From Methylococcaceae bacterium (GTDB taxonomy: Bacteria > Pseudomonadota > Gammaproteobacteria > Methylococcales > Methylomonadaceae): a DNA stretch of 62,917 nucleotides. Made by a program: the position numbers and the translations under genes. Positions 9,676 through 20,966 of this stretch are shown piece after piece. The notes beneath the pieces were generated by a model. It did not search any database. It was not told the origin of the DNA and saw only the letters and a list, made by a program, of their open reading frames with translations. Position 1 is the stretch's first letter; the number at the start of each line of letters is the position of its first letter. The stretch lies in the NCBI GenBank assembly GCA_030627285.1, contig DAOUSJ010000001.1, positions 1 through 62,917 of the forward strand. Direction: 5' to 3'.

Positions 9676-11172
9676 TTATATTTCTATATTAAAACTTTCA
9701 CGTTCGCGTGCTAACTGCGCCCCATCACGCCGTAAATTTTCAATATAGTCTAAATAAACTGCATCTATATCTCCAGTAATATATTCACTACTAAAACAAG
9801 AGGTATCAAAATGTTTAATTTTAGGATTTCCATGTTGCACAGCAGAAATTAAATCAGCTAAATTTTGGTAAATCATTTTATCAGCACCAATAAAAGCACT
9901 AATTTCATCTTCATTACGATTATGAGCAATCAATTCATTGGCTGCTGGCATATCAATACCATACACATTAGGGTATCTTACTGGTGGAGCGGCAGAAGCA
10001 AAATAAACTTTTTTAGCTCCAGCATCACGTGCCATTTGAATGATTTGTTTTGAAGTTGTGCCTCTAACAATAGAATCATCTACCAATAATACATTTTTGC
10101 CTTCAAATTCTAAATTAATTGCATTTAATTTTTGGCGCACGGATTTTTGGCGTTTAGTTTGTCCAGGCATAATAAAAGTACGCCCAATATAGCGATTTTT
10201 AATAAATCCTTCTCTAAATTTTACTCCAAGTTTATTTGCCATTTCTAAAGCTGAAGTACGACTAGTATCAGGAATTGGAATTACCACATCTATATCCTGT
10301 TCAGGCCAATCTTTCAGAATTTTTTCAGCTAGTTTTTCTCCCATCCGTAAACGCGCCTTATAAACTGAAATCCCATCAATCATTGAGTCAGGTCTAGCAA
10401 AATATACATATTCAAAAATACATGGGCAATGATCCACAATATCTGAACATTGTCTGGTATGTAATTTACCTGTGGATTCAATGAAAATTGCTTCACCTGG
10501 CTCTATATCACGTATTAACTTAAAATCTAACACATCTAAAGCTACATTTTCTGAAGCAATCATAAAATCAGAACCTTGCTCAGTTCTACGTTCCCCAAAT
10601 ACAATTGGACGAATCCCATGCGGATCTCTAAAACCTAAAATACCAAAACCTGCAATCATTACTACTACTGCATATGCACCTTTACAACGCTTGTGTACCG
10701 CTGCAACTGCTTGAAAAACATCTTCTGGAGTAATGCGTAATTTACCTAAACTTTGTAATTCATGCGCAAATATATTTAATAAAATTTCTGAATCTGAATC
10801 AGTATTAAGATGCCTTTGATCTTCTATAAATAACTCTTTTTTTAATACTTGAGTATTGGTCAAATTACCATTATGCGCTAGAGTTAGTCCAAAAGGTGAA
10901 TTTACATAAAATGGTTGCGCTTCGGCTGAACTTGTACATCCTGCAGTCGGATAACGCACATGTGCAATCCCCATATTGCCACGTAATTTCATCATATGGC
11001 TATCAGTAAATACATCTCTAGTTAAACCATTTTCTTTACGTAAATGCAACCTTCCATGTTCACAGGTCACAATTCCAGCAGCATCTTGCCCCCGATGTTG
11101 TAATACTGTTAACGCATCATAAAGTTCTTGATTTACATTTTGATGTGCCACAATACCTGCAATTCCACACAT
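9676..11172 (-). CDS. purF: Amidophosphoribosyltransferase
   Basis: The N-terminal MCGIAGIV (Ntn Cys) and the PRPP-binding motif [14 protein letters not shown] are present. Confidence 0.95.
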   Translation of the reverse strand: MCGIAGIVAHQNVNQELYDALTVLQHRGQDAAGIVTCEHGRLHLRKENGLTRDVFTDSHMMKLRGNMGIAHVRYPTAGCTSSAEAQPFYVNSPFGLTLAHNGNLTNTQVLKKELFIEDQRHLNTDSDSEILLNIFAHELQSLGKLRITPEDVFQAVAAVHKRCKGAYAVVVMIAGFGILGFRDPHGIRPIVFGERRTEQGSDFMIASENVALDVLDFKLIRDIEPGEAIFIESTGKLHTRQCSDIVDHCPCIFEYVYFARPDSMIDGISVYKARLRMGEKLAEKILKDWPEQDIDVVIPIPDTSRTSALEMANKLGVKFREGFIKNRYIGRTFIMPGQTKRQKSVRQKLNAINLEFEGKNVLLVDDSIVRGTTSKQIIQMARDAGAKKVYFASAAPPVRYPNVYGIDMPAANELIAHNRNEDEISAFIGADKMIYQNLADLISAVQHGNPKIKHFDTSCFSSEYITGDIDAVYLDYIENLRRDGAQLARERESFNIEI

Positions 11173-11230
11173 GTTTTTATCCTGCTATAAAATTTGAAGA
11201 GATGGAAATTATTAAAATTTAAAAACTACT

Positions 11231-11731
11231 TTAATAGCCTAAATTCTTGATATCGAAGGGTAGTATTTTTTCCAATTCCAAAGCTGCTGGATGAAAAACA
11301 GGGATCAATAATGATTGTTGCCAGATAGCATATTTATTGATTGGTGTTGATTCTATTAATAAAACACTCAATATAGTAAATAAAATCCCTCTAACTAAAC
11401 CTAAACATGTTCCAAAAAACCGATTTATTGATATTAAAGATAATTTTTCAACCCAGTAACTTAATAAATAATTTATGAAATGGCTACAAATTAAAATAAC
11501 CCCTAACACAATTACAAATGCACATATTTCTCGAACTGATGCAATTTCAATCATTGGAGCCAAAATATTAGCTAAATCATGATAATAAATCAGTCCTAAC
11601 CAAATTCCTATTATCCAACCAATTAACGATAGCATTTCTGCGACAAAACCACGCAAAAAGCCAATTAAAAGTGAAATAAAAATCACCACCATAATAGCAT
11701 AATCTATTTCATTCATATGGTTATATTCCAA
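11231..11731 (-). CDS. cvpA: Colicin V production membrane protein
   Basis: It is a four-TM protein of about 160 aa in the conserved dedD-cvpA-purF position. Confidence 0.8.
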   Translation of the reverse strand: MEYNHMNEIDYAIMVVIFISLLIGFLRGFVAEMLSLIGWIIGIWLGLIYYHDLANILAPMIEIASVREICAFVIVLGVILICSHFINYLLSYWVEKLSLISINRFFGTCLGLVRGILFTILSVLLIESTPINKYAIWQQSLLIPVFHPAALELEKILPFDIKNLGY

Positions 11732-11734
11732 TAA

Positions 11735-12415
11735 TTATTCTGGTACAGCAATGCTTTTAACATTATTTAATTGATTAATCCGACTTTGCATTATTTCTAC
11801 ACGTTGCCGATTTAACTCAGGGCCAACTTTTACTCTATAAACTTGACCTTTTTTAGTCCAACTAGAATCTACTCTAGCAGTAAAACCTTGTTGTATTAGT
11901 CTATTTTGTAACTTAATAGCATTATTTTGCTCTATAAAACTTGCAACTTGAATAAACCACCGCACTGCTTGTTGTTGCGCACTATTTTTAGGTGTATTCA
12001 AGCGTGGAGGAATAACTTGGTGTTGGACAACTTTAGGTTTATATTTTCGAGGAACTATTTTTTTATTTGTAACCTTAGTTGACTTAACAACTTCAATAGG
12101 CACAATTTTATCTTCTGGAATTATTTTAGTATTAGAATTGGGTTGAATAAGCTTTTGAACTGAAGATTCAACTTTATTCACATTAATATTAACGTTAGTG
12201 TTTTTTGAAGTATCTACTACTGCATCCAAATCTTCTGGTAACACCAAAGTTTTTAATGCCGGAGAAATATGATTTTGTGGAATTTCAAGTTCACTAATTT
12301 CTTGATTGGTTTCAATTTCTGGATCATCAAATAACATAGGTAAAAAAATAACAGCTAAAATAGTTACAACAACAGCACCAGCTACTCTGTTTTTTAACTC
12401 TTCATCTATTTCCAT
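11735..12415 (-). CDS. dedD: SPOR-domain cell-division protein (DedD-like)
   Basis: It has an N-terminal TM, a low-complexity linker and a C-terminal SPOR domain (WFIQVASF...YRVKVGP). It sits in the folC-dedD-cvpA context. Confidence 0.65.
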   Translation of the reverse strand: MEIDEELKNRVAGAVVVTILAVIFLPMLFDDPEIETNQEISELEIPQNHISPALKTLVLPEDLDAVVDTSKNTNVNINVNKVESSVQKLIQPNSNTKIIPEDKIVPIEVVKSTKVTNKKIVPRKYKPKVVQHQVIPPRLNTPKNSAQQQAVRWFIQVASFIEQNNAIKLQNRLIQQGFTARVDSSWTKKGQVYRVKVGPELNRQRVEIMQSRINQLNNVKSIAVPE

Positions 12416-12427
12416 GCTTTATGAGCC

Positions 12428-13708
12428 TTAATTATTTTTAAATTCTGTCAAGTATTCTGACACCAAAAAGAAAGAACCAAAAATCAAAATAAGCTCATCT
12501 GCCTGTGCATTGTTTTTAGCCGCAAAAAATGCCTGTTTAAAATTTTCAAATCCAACTGCAATATTATGCATGTTTTTTTGCACAAATAATTCTTGTAATT
12601 CAATTTCATTCACAGCTCTAGGAGTTTTTAATGGACTAAGAAACCAATCACAAACTAAATCTTGCATAATGTCAATAATATTACTTATATCTTTGTCTTG
12701 CATAATTGCAAACACAGCATGAATTTTTTTATTCGCAAAATCTCTCACTAAATAATCTGCTAACATTCTTACTGCTTGCGGATTATGTCCAACATCCAAT
12801 AACACTGGAATATCACTTTCAATTAACTGAAACCTGCCAGTTAATTGCGTATTGCTTAAGCCCATAGCAATTGCTTTAGGTGAAATTGGTAAATAATCCT
12901 GCATTTTTTCTACAGCCATCAACACCGTAGCAGCATTGTTAAACTGATGTTGTCCCTTTAAAGTTGGTAGTGGCAACTGCAAATATTCTTGGGTAGAACT
13001 ATGCCAATCCCAGTCGTTGTCATTGATTACATAAGCAAAATCTTTATTAACACAACTTAAACGTGTATGTTTTTCTACTGCCACCTTGTTTAATGATGCT
13101 GGCGGACTTGGATCACCAATAATAGCTGGAACATTGTTTCTAAAAATCCCTGCCTTTTCAAAACCAATAGTGTCACGGGTTCCACCTAACCAATCCACAT
13201 GATCTATACAAATACTACTAATAACACTGACATCAGCATTGATAATATTAACTGCATCCAACCTGCCACCTAAACCAACTTCTAAGAGTTGAATATCTAA
13301 ATTTGCTTGTGAAAAAATATCTATCGCGGCTAAAGTTCCAAACTCAAAATAGCTTAATGAAACATTTTCACGGACAGCATCTATTCTGCTAAAAGCAGCA
13401 CAAATTTCAGTGTTACTTACTGGTATACCATTAATTTTAATGCGTTCATTATAATTTATAATATGCGGCGAAGTATAAGTTCCAACTTTATAACCTTGCG
13501 CGGTATAGATAGCTTCTAAAAAAGCAACACAAGACCCCTTACCATTCGTGCCTCCAACTATAATAGTTAACGGCTTATTATAATTTGGATGCAACCTAGT
13601 TAAAACCTGAGCCGCTCGATCCAAGCCTAAATCAATTAATCTAGGATGAAATTGCTCCTGCCAATCTAACCAAGCTTGTAATGAATTAAACCTTGCCATA
13701 TTTAGCAC
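12428..13708 (-). CDS. folC: Bifunctional folylpolyglutamate synthase/dihydrofolate synthase
   Basis: The Mur-ligase-like P-loop VGGTNGKGS is present, and the gene lies downstream of accD. Confidence 0.9.
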   Translation of the reverse strand: MLNMARFNSLQAWLDWQEQFHPRLIDLGLDRAAQVLTRLHPNYNKPLTIIVGGTNGKGSCVAFLEAIYTAQGYKVGTYTSPHIINYNERIKINGIPVSNTEICAAFSRIDAVRENVSLSYFEFGTLAAIDIFSQANLDIQLLEVGLGGRLDAVNIINADVSVISSICIDHVDWLGGTRDTIGFEKAGIFRNNVPAIIGDPSPPASLNKVAVEKHTRLSCVNKDFAYVINDNDWDWHSSTQEYLQLPLPTLKGQHQFNNAATVLMAVEKMQDYLPISPKAIAMGLSNTQLTGRFQLIESDIPVLLDVGHNPQAVRMLADYLVRDFANKKIHAVFAIMQDKDISNIIDIMQDLVCDWFLSPLKTPRAVNEIELQELFVQKNMHNIAVGFENFKQAFFAAKNNAQADELILIFGSFFLVSEYLTEFKNN

Positions 13709-13716
13709 AATTACTG

Positions 13717-14682
13717 CTAATCATTATCTACTACAGATTCTATTACAGAATCATCCTCATTACTTGCAGCAATTATATTTTCAGGTTCAAGCTTGTCAGT
13801 TTCAAGTTGCTGTAAATTATTCCCCATTAACATAGATAATATATTATGAATTTTAGCGCGCATTTCCCTACGATCAACAATCATATCAATAGCTCCATGC
13901 TCTTGCAAAAATTCACTGCGTTGAAACCCTTCAGGTAATTTTTCCCGTACCGTTTGTTCTATTACTCTAGGACCTGCAAAACCAATTAATGCTTTAGGTT
14001 CAGCTACATTAATATCACCTAACATAGCTAAACTTGCAGAAACTCCACCCATAGTGGGATCAGTCATAAAAGAAATATATGGCAAACCTGCATCAGATAA
14101 TTTCTTTAAAACCGCACTAGTTTTTGCCATTTGAAACAATGAAAATAAAGATTCTTGCATTCTAGCACCACCAGAGGCAGTAAATACAATAAATGGGGCT
14201 TCAATTTCTAAACTTCGATTGACTCCACGCACAAAACGCTCCCCAACTACTGAACCCATAGAGCCACCCATAAAACCAAAATTAAAAACTGCTACAACTA
14301 TGGGTTCGCCAAATAAAAACCCTTGCATTACTATCAATGCATCATTTTCTTTGGTTTGTTTTTGCGCTTGTGAAATTCGATCTTTATATTTTTTACTATC
14401 TTTAAATTTCAATGGGTCAATAGGTTTTAAACCTACTGCAATTTCTTCACGCCCATCAGCATCCAAAAACAAATCCAATCTAGTCCGCGCTGAAATACGC
14501 ATGTGATGCTCACATTTAGGGCATACACTAAAATTTTTTTCTAATTCAGCATTGTATAAAATTGCATTACAATTAGGACATTTATTCCATAAACCTTCTG
14601 GAATTGCGACTTTTTTATTGGAAGAATCTGTTCTAATAGTTGCAGGGACTAATTTTTCAAACCAACTCAAACTCATTGACAA
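13717..14682 (-). CDS. accD: Acetyl-CoA carboxylase carboxyltransferase beta subunit
   Basis: The zinc ribbon CPNCNAILY...CPKCEHH and the carboxyltransferase domain ([18 protein letters not shown]) are present. Confidence 0.95.
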   Translation of the reverse strand: MSMSLSWFEKLVPATIRTDSSNKKVAIPEGLWNKCPNCNAILYNAELEKNFSVCPKCEHHMRISARTRLDLFLDADGREEIAVGLKPIDPLKFKDSKKYKDRISQAQKQTKENDALIVMQGFLFGEPIVVAVFNFGFMGGSMGSVVGERFVRGVNRSLEIEAPFIVFTASGGARMQESLFSLFQMAKTSAVLKKLSDAGLPYISFMTDPTMGGVSASLAMLGDINVAEPKALIGFAGPRVIEQTVREKLPEGFQRSEFLQEHGAIDMIVDRREMRAKIHNILSMLMGNNLQQLETDKLEPENIIAASNEDDSVIESVVDND

Positions 14683-14689
14683 AACTCCA

Positions 14690-15493
14690 CTAGCTATCCA
14701 TCGCTTGACGCATAGATGTTAATAATTCGATAATTTCTTGCTTAGCCTTCTCGGGATTATCTAAATTAGCGGCAATTTTGCTAATTAAGGCACTTCCTAC
14801 CACCACACCATCTGCAACCTTAGCAATTGCTTGCGCTGTAACTGCATCTTTAACTCCAAAACCCACACCTATTGGCAATGCAGTATTAGCTTTAATCATC
14901 GCTAATTTAGCTTCCACATCAGCAATATCTAAATGCCCTGCACCTGTAACACCTTTCACAGATACATAATACAGATAACCACTACCAATAGTATCCATTT
15001 TTTTAACTCGCTCAGCATTGCTATTTGGAGCTAATAAAAAAATCGTATCAATATTTTTGGCTTTCAATAAGGCAGCACATTCTTCAGCTTCTTCTGGGGG
15101 CAAATCCACGGTTAAAACCCCATCAATATCAGCCGCGCCAGCTTTATCAGCAAAAGTTTGATAACCCATAATTTCAATAGGATTTAAATAACCCATTAAA
15201 ACTAAAGGTGTAGCTTGATCGGTTTGCCTAAATTCTGCCGCTATATCTAATACTTTACGCAAACCCATATGATGTTCCAAAGCGCGTTCACTAGCAGCTT
15301 GAATTACAGGTCCATCAGCCATTGGATCAGAAAATGGTACGCCTAATTCAATTATATCTACTCCAGCTGCAACCATAGCATGCATTAAAGGTAGCGTAAA
15401 TTCAGGCGTAGGATCCCCAACAGTTATAAAAGGTATTAATGCTGTGCGTTTAGCTTGTTTCAAAGCTTGCATTGTATTGGCTAAACGACTCAT
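14690..15493 (-). CDS. trpA: Tryptophan synthase alpha chain
   Basis: [17 protein letters not shown] and [10 protein letters not shown] are present. It overlaps the trpB stop. Confidence 0.95.
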   Translation of the reverse strand: MSRLANTMQALKQAKRTALIPFITVGDPTPEFTLPLMHAMVAAGVDIIELGVPFSDPMADGPVIQAASERALEHHMGLRKVLDIAAEFRQTDQATPLVLMGYLNPIEIMGYQTFADKAGAADIDGVLTVDLPPEEAEECAALLKAKNIDTIFLLAPNSNAERVKKMDTIGSGYLYYVSVKGVTGAGHLDIADVEAKLAMIKANTALPIGVGFGVKDAVTAQAIAKVADGVVVGSALISKIAANLDNPEKAKQEIIELLTSMRQAMDS

Positions 15494-16692
15494 ATTTTAA
15501 TCCCTTCAAATTCTGCCATAGTATGCATATCTTTATCCCCACGACCAGATAAACTTACAATAATAATTTCATCTTTAGGCATCGTCGGCGCAAGTTTTAA
15601 AGTGTAAGCCATCGCATGACTAGATTCTAACGCAGGAATTATGCCTTCCATTTTCGTTAATGCATAAAAACCTTCTAAAGCCTCAGTATCAGTAATATTA
15701 ACATATTCAGCCCGTCCAATATCTTTAAGCCATGCATGTTCTGGACCTACACCAGGATAATCTAAACCAGCTGAAATTGAATGGGTTTCAATAATTTCAC
15801 CATCATCATCAGACATTAAATAAGTTCTATTCCCATGCAACACTCCAGGTCTACCTGCACATAATGGTGCAGAATGCCTACCAGTTTCAATACCATCTCC
15901 AGCAGCTTCTACTCCAAACATTTTAACGTTAATATCGTCAATAAAAGGATGAAATAAACCAATTGCATTAGAACCACCACCAACACAAGCAACTAAAGCA
16001 TTGGGTAATTTACCTGCTTGGTGTAAACATTGTTGTTTAGCTTCGCGCCCAATAATAGTTTGAAAATCTCGTACCATCGCAGGATAAGGATGTGGCCCCG
16101 CAACAGTGCCAATAATATAAAAGGTATTATCTACATTCGTAACCCAATCTCTTAAAGCTTCATTTAAAGCATCTTTTAAAGTTTTAGAACCTGATTCAAC
16201 TGCAACTACTCGCGCACCTAATAATTTCATACGATAAACATTTAAAGTTTGGCGTTTAACATCCACCGCACCCATGTAAATTACGCATTCCAAACCTAAG
16301 CGGGCTGCAATTGTAGCAGTTGCAACTCCATGTTGTCCTGCACCAGTTTCAGCAATAATTCGGGTTTTGCCCATTCTTTTAGCCAATAAAGCTTGACCAA
16401 TGGTATTGTTAATTTTATGCGCACCAGTATGATTTAAATCTTCACGTTTCAAATAAATCTGCGCACCACCTAATGCTGCTGACCAACGTTGAGCATGATA
16501 CAAAGGTGACGGCCTACCCACATAGTGCTGTAAATCTGCATCTAATTCTGCAATAAATTCAGGATCTTGCAAATAATGCTGATACGCGGCATTTAATTCT
16601 TTGATCGGTTCGATTAAAGTTTCAGCTACAAACAAGCCGCCATAAGGACCAAAATGTCCGCGCTCATCTGGCATAGTATATTTTTCTGTCAT
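15490..16692 (-). CDS. trpB: Tryptophan synthase beta chain
   Basis: The PLP Lys motif [11 protein letters not shown] and GGGSNAIG are present. Confidence 0.95.
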   Translation of the reverse strand: MTEKYTMPDERGHFGPYGGLFVAETLIEPIKELNAAYQHYLQDPEFIAELDADLQHYVGRPSPLYHAQRWSAALGGAQIYLKREDLNHTGAHKINNTIGQALLAKRMGKTRIIAETGAGQHGVATATIAARLGLECVIYMGAVDVKRQTLNVYRMKLLGARVVAVESGSKTLKDALNEALRDWVTNVDNTFYIIGTVAGPHPYPAMVRDFQTIIGREAKQQCLHQAGKLPNALVACVGGGSNAIGLFHPFIDDINVKMFGVEAAGDGIETGRHSAPLCAGRPGVLHGNRTYLMSDDDGEIIETHSISAGLDYPGVGPEHAWLKDIGRAEYVNITDTEALEGFYALTKMEGIIPALESSHAMAYTLKLAPTMPKDEIIIVSLSGRGDKDMHTMAEFEGIKI

Positions 16693-17318
16693 TACTTATA
16701 ATTACCCTGATTAACTTCTCTAATAAAAGCAGTCATTTTAGATATTTCCTTAATACCTTGCTTAATTTCTACTCCACTGCTAACATCTAAAGCATATGGA
16801 TTGACTTGCATAATTGCTTGTTGAGCATTTTCAGGATTCAAACCACCAGCTAAAATGATCGGCACAGACGATTGTTTAGGAATTAACTTCCAATCAAAAC
16901 ATTCACCTGTCCCACCTTTTGCTTGCGGATGATATGCATCCAATAACAAACCAGCAGCATCATAATAATCTAAAGTTAATTGTTTAACATCAGTATTTTT
17001 ACGCATAGGAACTGCTTTAACATAAGCTTTATTATATAAACGACAAGCTGCAGGAGTTTCATTACCATGAAATTGTAAACAATCAATCGGTAATTGTTGC
17101 AATACTTGCTGTATTTGAGTTGTATCTGCATCCACAAATAAAGCTACCACACTAGTAAAAGCTGGTAAAGCAGCTATAATTTTTGCAGCTTGGGATATGG
17201 ATACATTTCTAGGGCTGGGTGGATAAAACACTAATCCAATCGCATCAACACCTAAATTTGCCGCATGAACAGCTTCATTTACAGTTGTAAAGCCACAAAT
17301 TTTTACGCGAGTACGCAT
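16692..17318 (-). CDS. trpF: Phosphoribosylanthranilate isomerase
   Basis: 208 aa. VKICGFT, QFHGNE and the C-terminal SSGVE motifs are present. Confidence 0.9.
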   Translation of the reverse strand: MRTRVKICGFTTVNEAVHAANLGVDAIGLVFYPPSPRNVSISQAAKIIAALPAFTSVVALFVDADTTQIQQVLQQLPIDCLQFHGNETPAACRLYNKAYVKAVPMRKNTDVKQLTLDYYDAAGLLLDAYHPQAKGGTGECFDWKLIPKQSSVPIILAGGLNPENAQQAIMQVNPYALDVSSGVEIKQGIKEISKMTAFIREVNQGNYK

Positions 17319-17479
17319 GGTAATATAAAACTCATTTATAAAATATCAGCCCGTTAGGATACCATAAATTTGTAGATTACAGTTTACTTAAAAGGGGAAA
17401 ATTCGTTTTAGAACTAAGAAGAATTATACCTTGATAGTGTTATACTGTTAGATTATTTATTAAAGACAGAGATTGTAAT

Positions 17480-18022
17480 ATGGAACAGTATTTTTCCAAA
17501 ATTATTGAAGCAATTGGCGAAGATACGAGTCGTGAAGGTTTAATTGATACCCCTAAAAGAGCTGCAAAAGCTTTTAAATATTTGAATAATGGTTATGAAA
17601 AAAATCTGGATGAAGTATTAAATGGTGCTATTTTTGAAGCAGATACTGAAGATATGGTAATTGTTAAAGATATTGAATTATATTCTTTATGCGAACATCA
17701 TTTATTGCCTTTTATTGGCAAGTGTCACATTGCTTATTTACCTCAAGGCAAAGTTTTAGGCTTATCCAAATTAGCACGCATTGTAGATATGTATGCTAGA
17801 CGTTTACAAATCCAAGAAAAACTTACTAAACAAATTGCTAATGCGGTAGAAATTTCGATTAATGCCCGTGGTGTAGCTGTTGTGATTGAAGCAAAACATT
17901 TGTGCATGATGATGCGCGGAGTAGAAAAACAAAATTCAGTAATGACTACCTCAGTAATGACAGGTTTTTTTAGAAAAGATATTAGCACCAGATCAGAATT
18001 CTTAACTTTGATTAAAAACTAG
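17480..18022 (+). CDS. folE: GTP cyclohydrolase I (type 1)
   Basis: [19 protein letters not shown] and HLCMMMRGV are present. Confidence 0.9.
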   Translation: MEQYFSKIIEAIGEDTSREGLIDTPKRAAKAFKYLNNGYEKNLDEVLNGAIFEADTEDMVIVKDIELYSLCEHHLLPFIGKCHIAYLPQGKVLGLSKLARIVDMYARRLQIQEKLTKQIANAVEISINARGVAVVIEAKHLCMMMRGVEKQNSVMTTSVMTGFFRKDISTRSEFLTLIKN

Positions 18023-18024
18023 CA

Positions 18025-19011
18025 ATGATTCAAGATAATTTGCCACCTAAAAAAATTGCACTATTATTAGTTAATCTAGGTTCACCTAAAGCATTAACTG
18101 TAACTGCTGTAAGAGCTTTTTTAAAGCAATTTCTTTGGGATCGGCGAGTTGTCAATTTACCTAGATTTTTATGGTGGTTTATATTGCATCTAGTGATATT
18201 GCCTTTTCGTCCAAGAAAATCTCTAAAAAGTTATAAAAAAATTTGGTTAGATACAGGCTCACCATTAACAGTAATAACACAATCATTAGCTGAAAAAATG
18301 CAATTAGAAAATCCTAATCTAATAGTAGATTATGCTATGAGTTACGGTGAACCAACAATTGCTCACAAGTTAACGGCTTTTAAAAAACAAAATGTTAGTG
18401 AAATCATTGTGTTACCATTATATCCACAATATTCTTCCACAACTACTGCTTCGGTTTATGATGCGGTAATAGCACATTTCAAGCCCTTACGACATATACC
18501 GTCTTGGCGTTTTATTAGCGATTATCATCAACATCCAAGTTACATAACTGCAATTGCGTCCTCAATTCAACAGGCATGGCAAACTCAAGCACCAGCAACT
18601 TTGTTACTAATATCTTTTCATGGACTACCAAAACAACTTACAGCGTGGGGCGATCCTTATTATCACCAATGTTTGCAAACTGCAACCTTAATTGCACAAG
18701 AATTAGGCTTGAATTCGCAACAATGGCAGTGCGTATTCCAATCTCGTTTTGGGCGCACAGAATGGTTACAGCCTTATTGTATAGAAACTTTAATTGCTTT
18801 ACCTAAACAAGGAATTAAAGATATTGATATTGTATGCGCAGGATTTGCAGTCGATTGCTTGGAAACTTTAGAAGAAATTGCTATGACTAATAAAGATATT
18901 TTCTTGCAAGCTGGCGGTGAATCTTATCGTTATATTCCTGCACTTAATGATAGCCAACAACACTTACAAACTTTACTTGAAATTAGTAATATTAAACACA
19001 CATCTACATAA
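18025..19011 (+). CDS. hemH: Ferrochelatase
   Basis: LLVNLGSP, PLYPQYSSTTT, SFHGLP and the C-terminal LETLEEI are present. Confidence 0.9.
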   Translation: MIQDNLPPKKIALLLVNLGSPKALTVTAVRAFLKQFLWDRRVVNLPRFLWWFILHLVILPFRPRKSLKSYKKIWLDTGSPLTVITQSLAEKMQLENPNLIVDYAMSYGEPTIAHKLTAFKKQNVSEIIVLPLYPQYSSTTTASVYDAVIAHFKPLRHIPSWRFISDYHQHPSYITAIASSIQQAWQTQAPATLLLISFHGLPKQLTAWGDPYYHQCLQTATLIAQELGLNSQQWQCVFQSRFGRTEWLQPYCIETLIALPKQGIKDIDIVCAGFAVDCLETLEEIAMTNKDIFLQAGGESYRYIPALNDSQQHLQTLLEISNIKHTST

Positions 19012-19051
19012 CAATTTTGCGCGTTCATTAACAATTTAAAAGTGATACCAA

Positions 19052-20263
19052 ATGAATATAAATACTGCATTAACTCCAAAATCTACTAAAGCCTTATTGC
19101 TTGGAAGTGGAGAATTAGGTAAAGAAGTAGCTATTTCTTTACAACGTTATGGTATAGAAGTAATTGCTATAGATAGCTATCCAAATGCTCCAGCACATCA
19201 AGTTGCTCATAGAGCGCATGTTATGGATATGACAAATGCAGAACAACTTCATGCATTAATTGCTTTGGAACAACCGGATTTTATTATTCCTGAAATTGAA
19301 GCTATTGCTACTGAAGCTTTAGCAACAATTGAAGCCTTGGGGAATAGCACCGTAGTACCGAATGCACGTGCTGTACAATTGACCATGAATCGTGAGGGCA
19401 TTCGAACTTTAGCCGCAGAAACTCTAAATTTACCTACATCAGAATATGCTTTTGCAGATAATTTTAAAGCTTTAAAAACTGCAATAGTAAATAAAATTGG
19501 CTATCCATGTTTTATAAAACCTACGATGTCTTCTTCAGGTAAAGGACAATCAATGGTTAAAACTCCATCAGAACTTGAAGCTGCATGGAACATTGCCCAA
19601 ACATGTGGACGTAACAACACTGGCAAAGTTATTGTTGAAGCAAAAATTGACTTTGATTTTGAAATAACCTTACTTACCGTTAGAGCATTAAACTCTGAAG
19701 GCATTGTTACTACCTATTTTTGTGAACCTATAGGGCATAGACAAGAAGATGGCGATTATCGTGAAAGCTGGCAACCACAAGTAATGTCGGAACTATCCTT
19801 ACAAAAATCTCAATATATCGCCCAAGTTGTAACCGAAAATATCGGTGGTTTAGGTTTGTTTGGCGTAGAATTATTCATTCAAGGTGATGAAGTTTGGTTT
19901 AGCGAAGTTAGTCCAAGACCGCATGACACCGGCATGGTAACTATGGTTACACAACGACAAAGTGAATTTGATTTACATGTACGCGCAATTTTGGGATTAC
20001 CAGTATCTACAAAATTGGAATCTGCTGGAGCTAGTGCAGTAATTTTAAGTCAAATTAATAGCAAAGATATGCAATACTCAGGTTTAGCGCAAGCATTGGC
20101 GATTGATAATACCGAAATTCGCTTATTTTCCAAACCAGAAGCCCGTCCTAATAGACGCATGGGAGTAGCATTAAATTCTGCCGAAACCATAGAAATAGCT
20201 AAAATAAATGCTAAACTAGCCTCTGAAAGGATTAAAATTACAAGTTCAACCTCGGGAGATTAA
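19052..20263 (+). CDS. purT: Formate-dependent phosphoribosylglycinamide formyltransferase
   Basis: It is an ATP-grasp enzyme ([24 protein letters not shown]) of about 400 aa. Confidence 0.9.
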   Translation: MNINTALTPKSTKALLLGSGELGKEVAISLQRYGIEVIAIDSYPNAPAHQVAHRAHVMDMTNAEQLHALIALEQPDFIIPEIEAIATEALATIEALGNSTVVPNARAVQLTMNREGIRTLAAETLNLPTSEYAFADNFKALKTAIVNKIGYPCFIKPTMSSSGKGQSMVKTPSELEAAWNIAQTCGRNNTGKVIVEAKIDFDFEITLLTVRALNSEGIVTTYFCEPIGHRQEDGDYRESWQPQVMSELSLQKSQYIAQVVTENIGGLGLFGVELFIQGDEVWFSEVSPRPHDTGMVTMVTQRQSEFDLHVRAILGLPVSTKLESAGASAVILSQINSKDMQYSGLAQALAIDNTEIRLFSKPEARPNRRMGVALNSAETIEIAKINAKLASERIKITSSTSGD

Positions 20264-20264
20264 C

Positions 20265-20966
20265 ATGCACAAGATAATCATTTTTTTAGCAATTTTAGTT
20301 AGTTATAATTTTGCTTACGCTGATGTGTATAAATATGTTGATCCGCAAGGTAATACTCATTACACTGACGAACCTCCGAATAAGAAATATAAACGTATTA
20401 TTCGAACTAAAGTTATAACTAGAGTTCGCAACAAGGGTAATATTTTAGGTAAATTAGGAAAATTTAACCAACCATATATAGCTCCTCCAGCATCTAAAAA
20501 TAAATCCTATAGTTTTAGAGGCAAGACCAAACCTAGACGTTACAAAATTTCCAGAAGAGCAGCTTTTAATAAGCAAAAATATAGTCATTTAATTACTCAG
20601 GCGGCAAAAAAATTCCGTTTGAGTGAAGATCTATTGCATGCTGTGATCCAAACTGAATCTGCTTATAATCCTACTGCTGTTTCTCCAGCTGGAGCAGTAG
20701 GGTTAATGCAATTAATGCCAGCAACCGCAAGACGTTACGGAGTAAAAGCAAAGGATAGAAAAGATCCACGTCAAAGTATTAATGCAGGTGCAAATTATTT
20801 GCGGGATTTACTTAGAATGTTTAAGGGTAATAGAAATCTTGCAGTGGCAGGATACAATGCAGGCGAAGGAGCAGTAAGAAAATATAAAAACCAAATTCCA
20901 CCTTATAGAGAAACCCAAAACTATGTTAAAAAAATAAACGCTTTGCTGAGGTCACGATCTTATTAA
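20265..20966 (+). CDS. Lytic transglycosylase with an N-terminal DUF4124-like region
   Basis: A signal peptide is followed by VYKYVDPQGNTHYTDEPP (DUF4124-like). The SLT domain is present (IQTESAYNPTAVSPAGAVGLMQLMPATA, AGYNAGEGAV). Confidence 0.75.
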   Translation: MHKIIIFLAILVSYNFAYADVYKYVDPQGNTHYTDEPPNKKYKRIIRTKVITRVRNKGNILGKLGKFNQPYIAPPASKNKSYSFRGKTKPRRYKISRRAAFNKQKYSHLITQAAKKFRLSEDLLHAVIQTESAYNPTAVSPAGAVGLMQLMPATARRYGVKAKDRKDPRQSINAGANYLRDLLRMFKGNRNLAVAGYNAGEGAVRKYKNQIPPYRETQNYVKKINALLRSRSY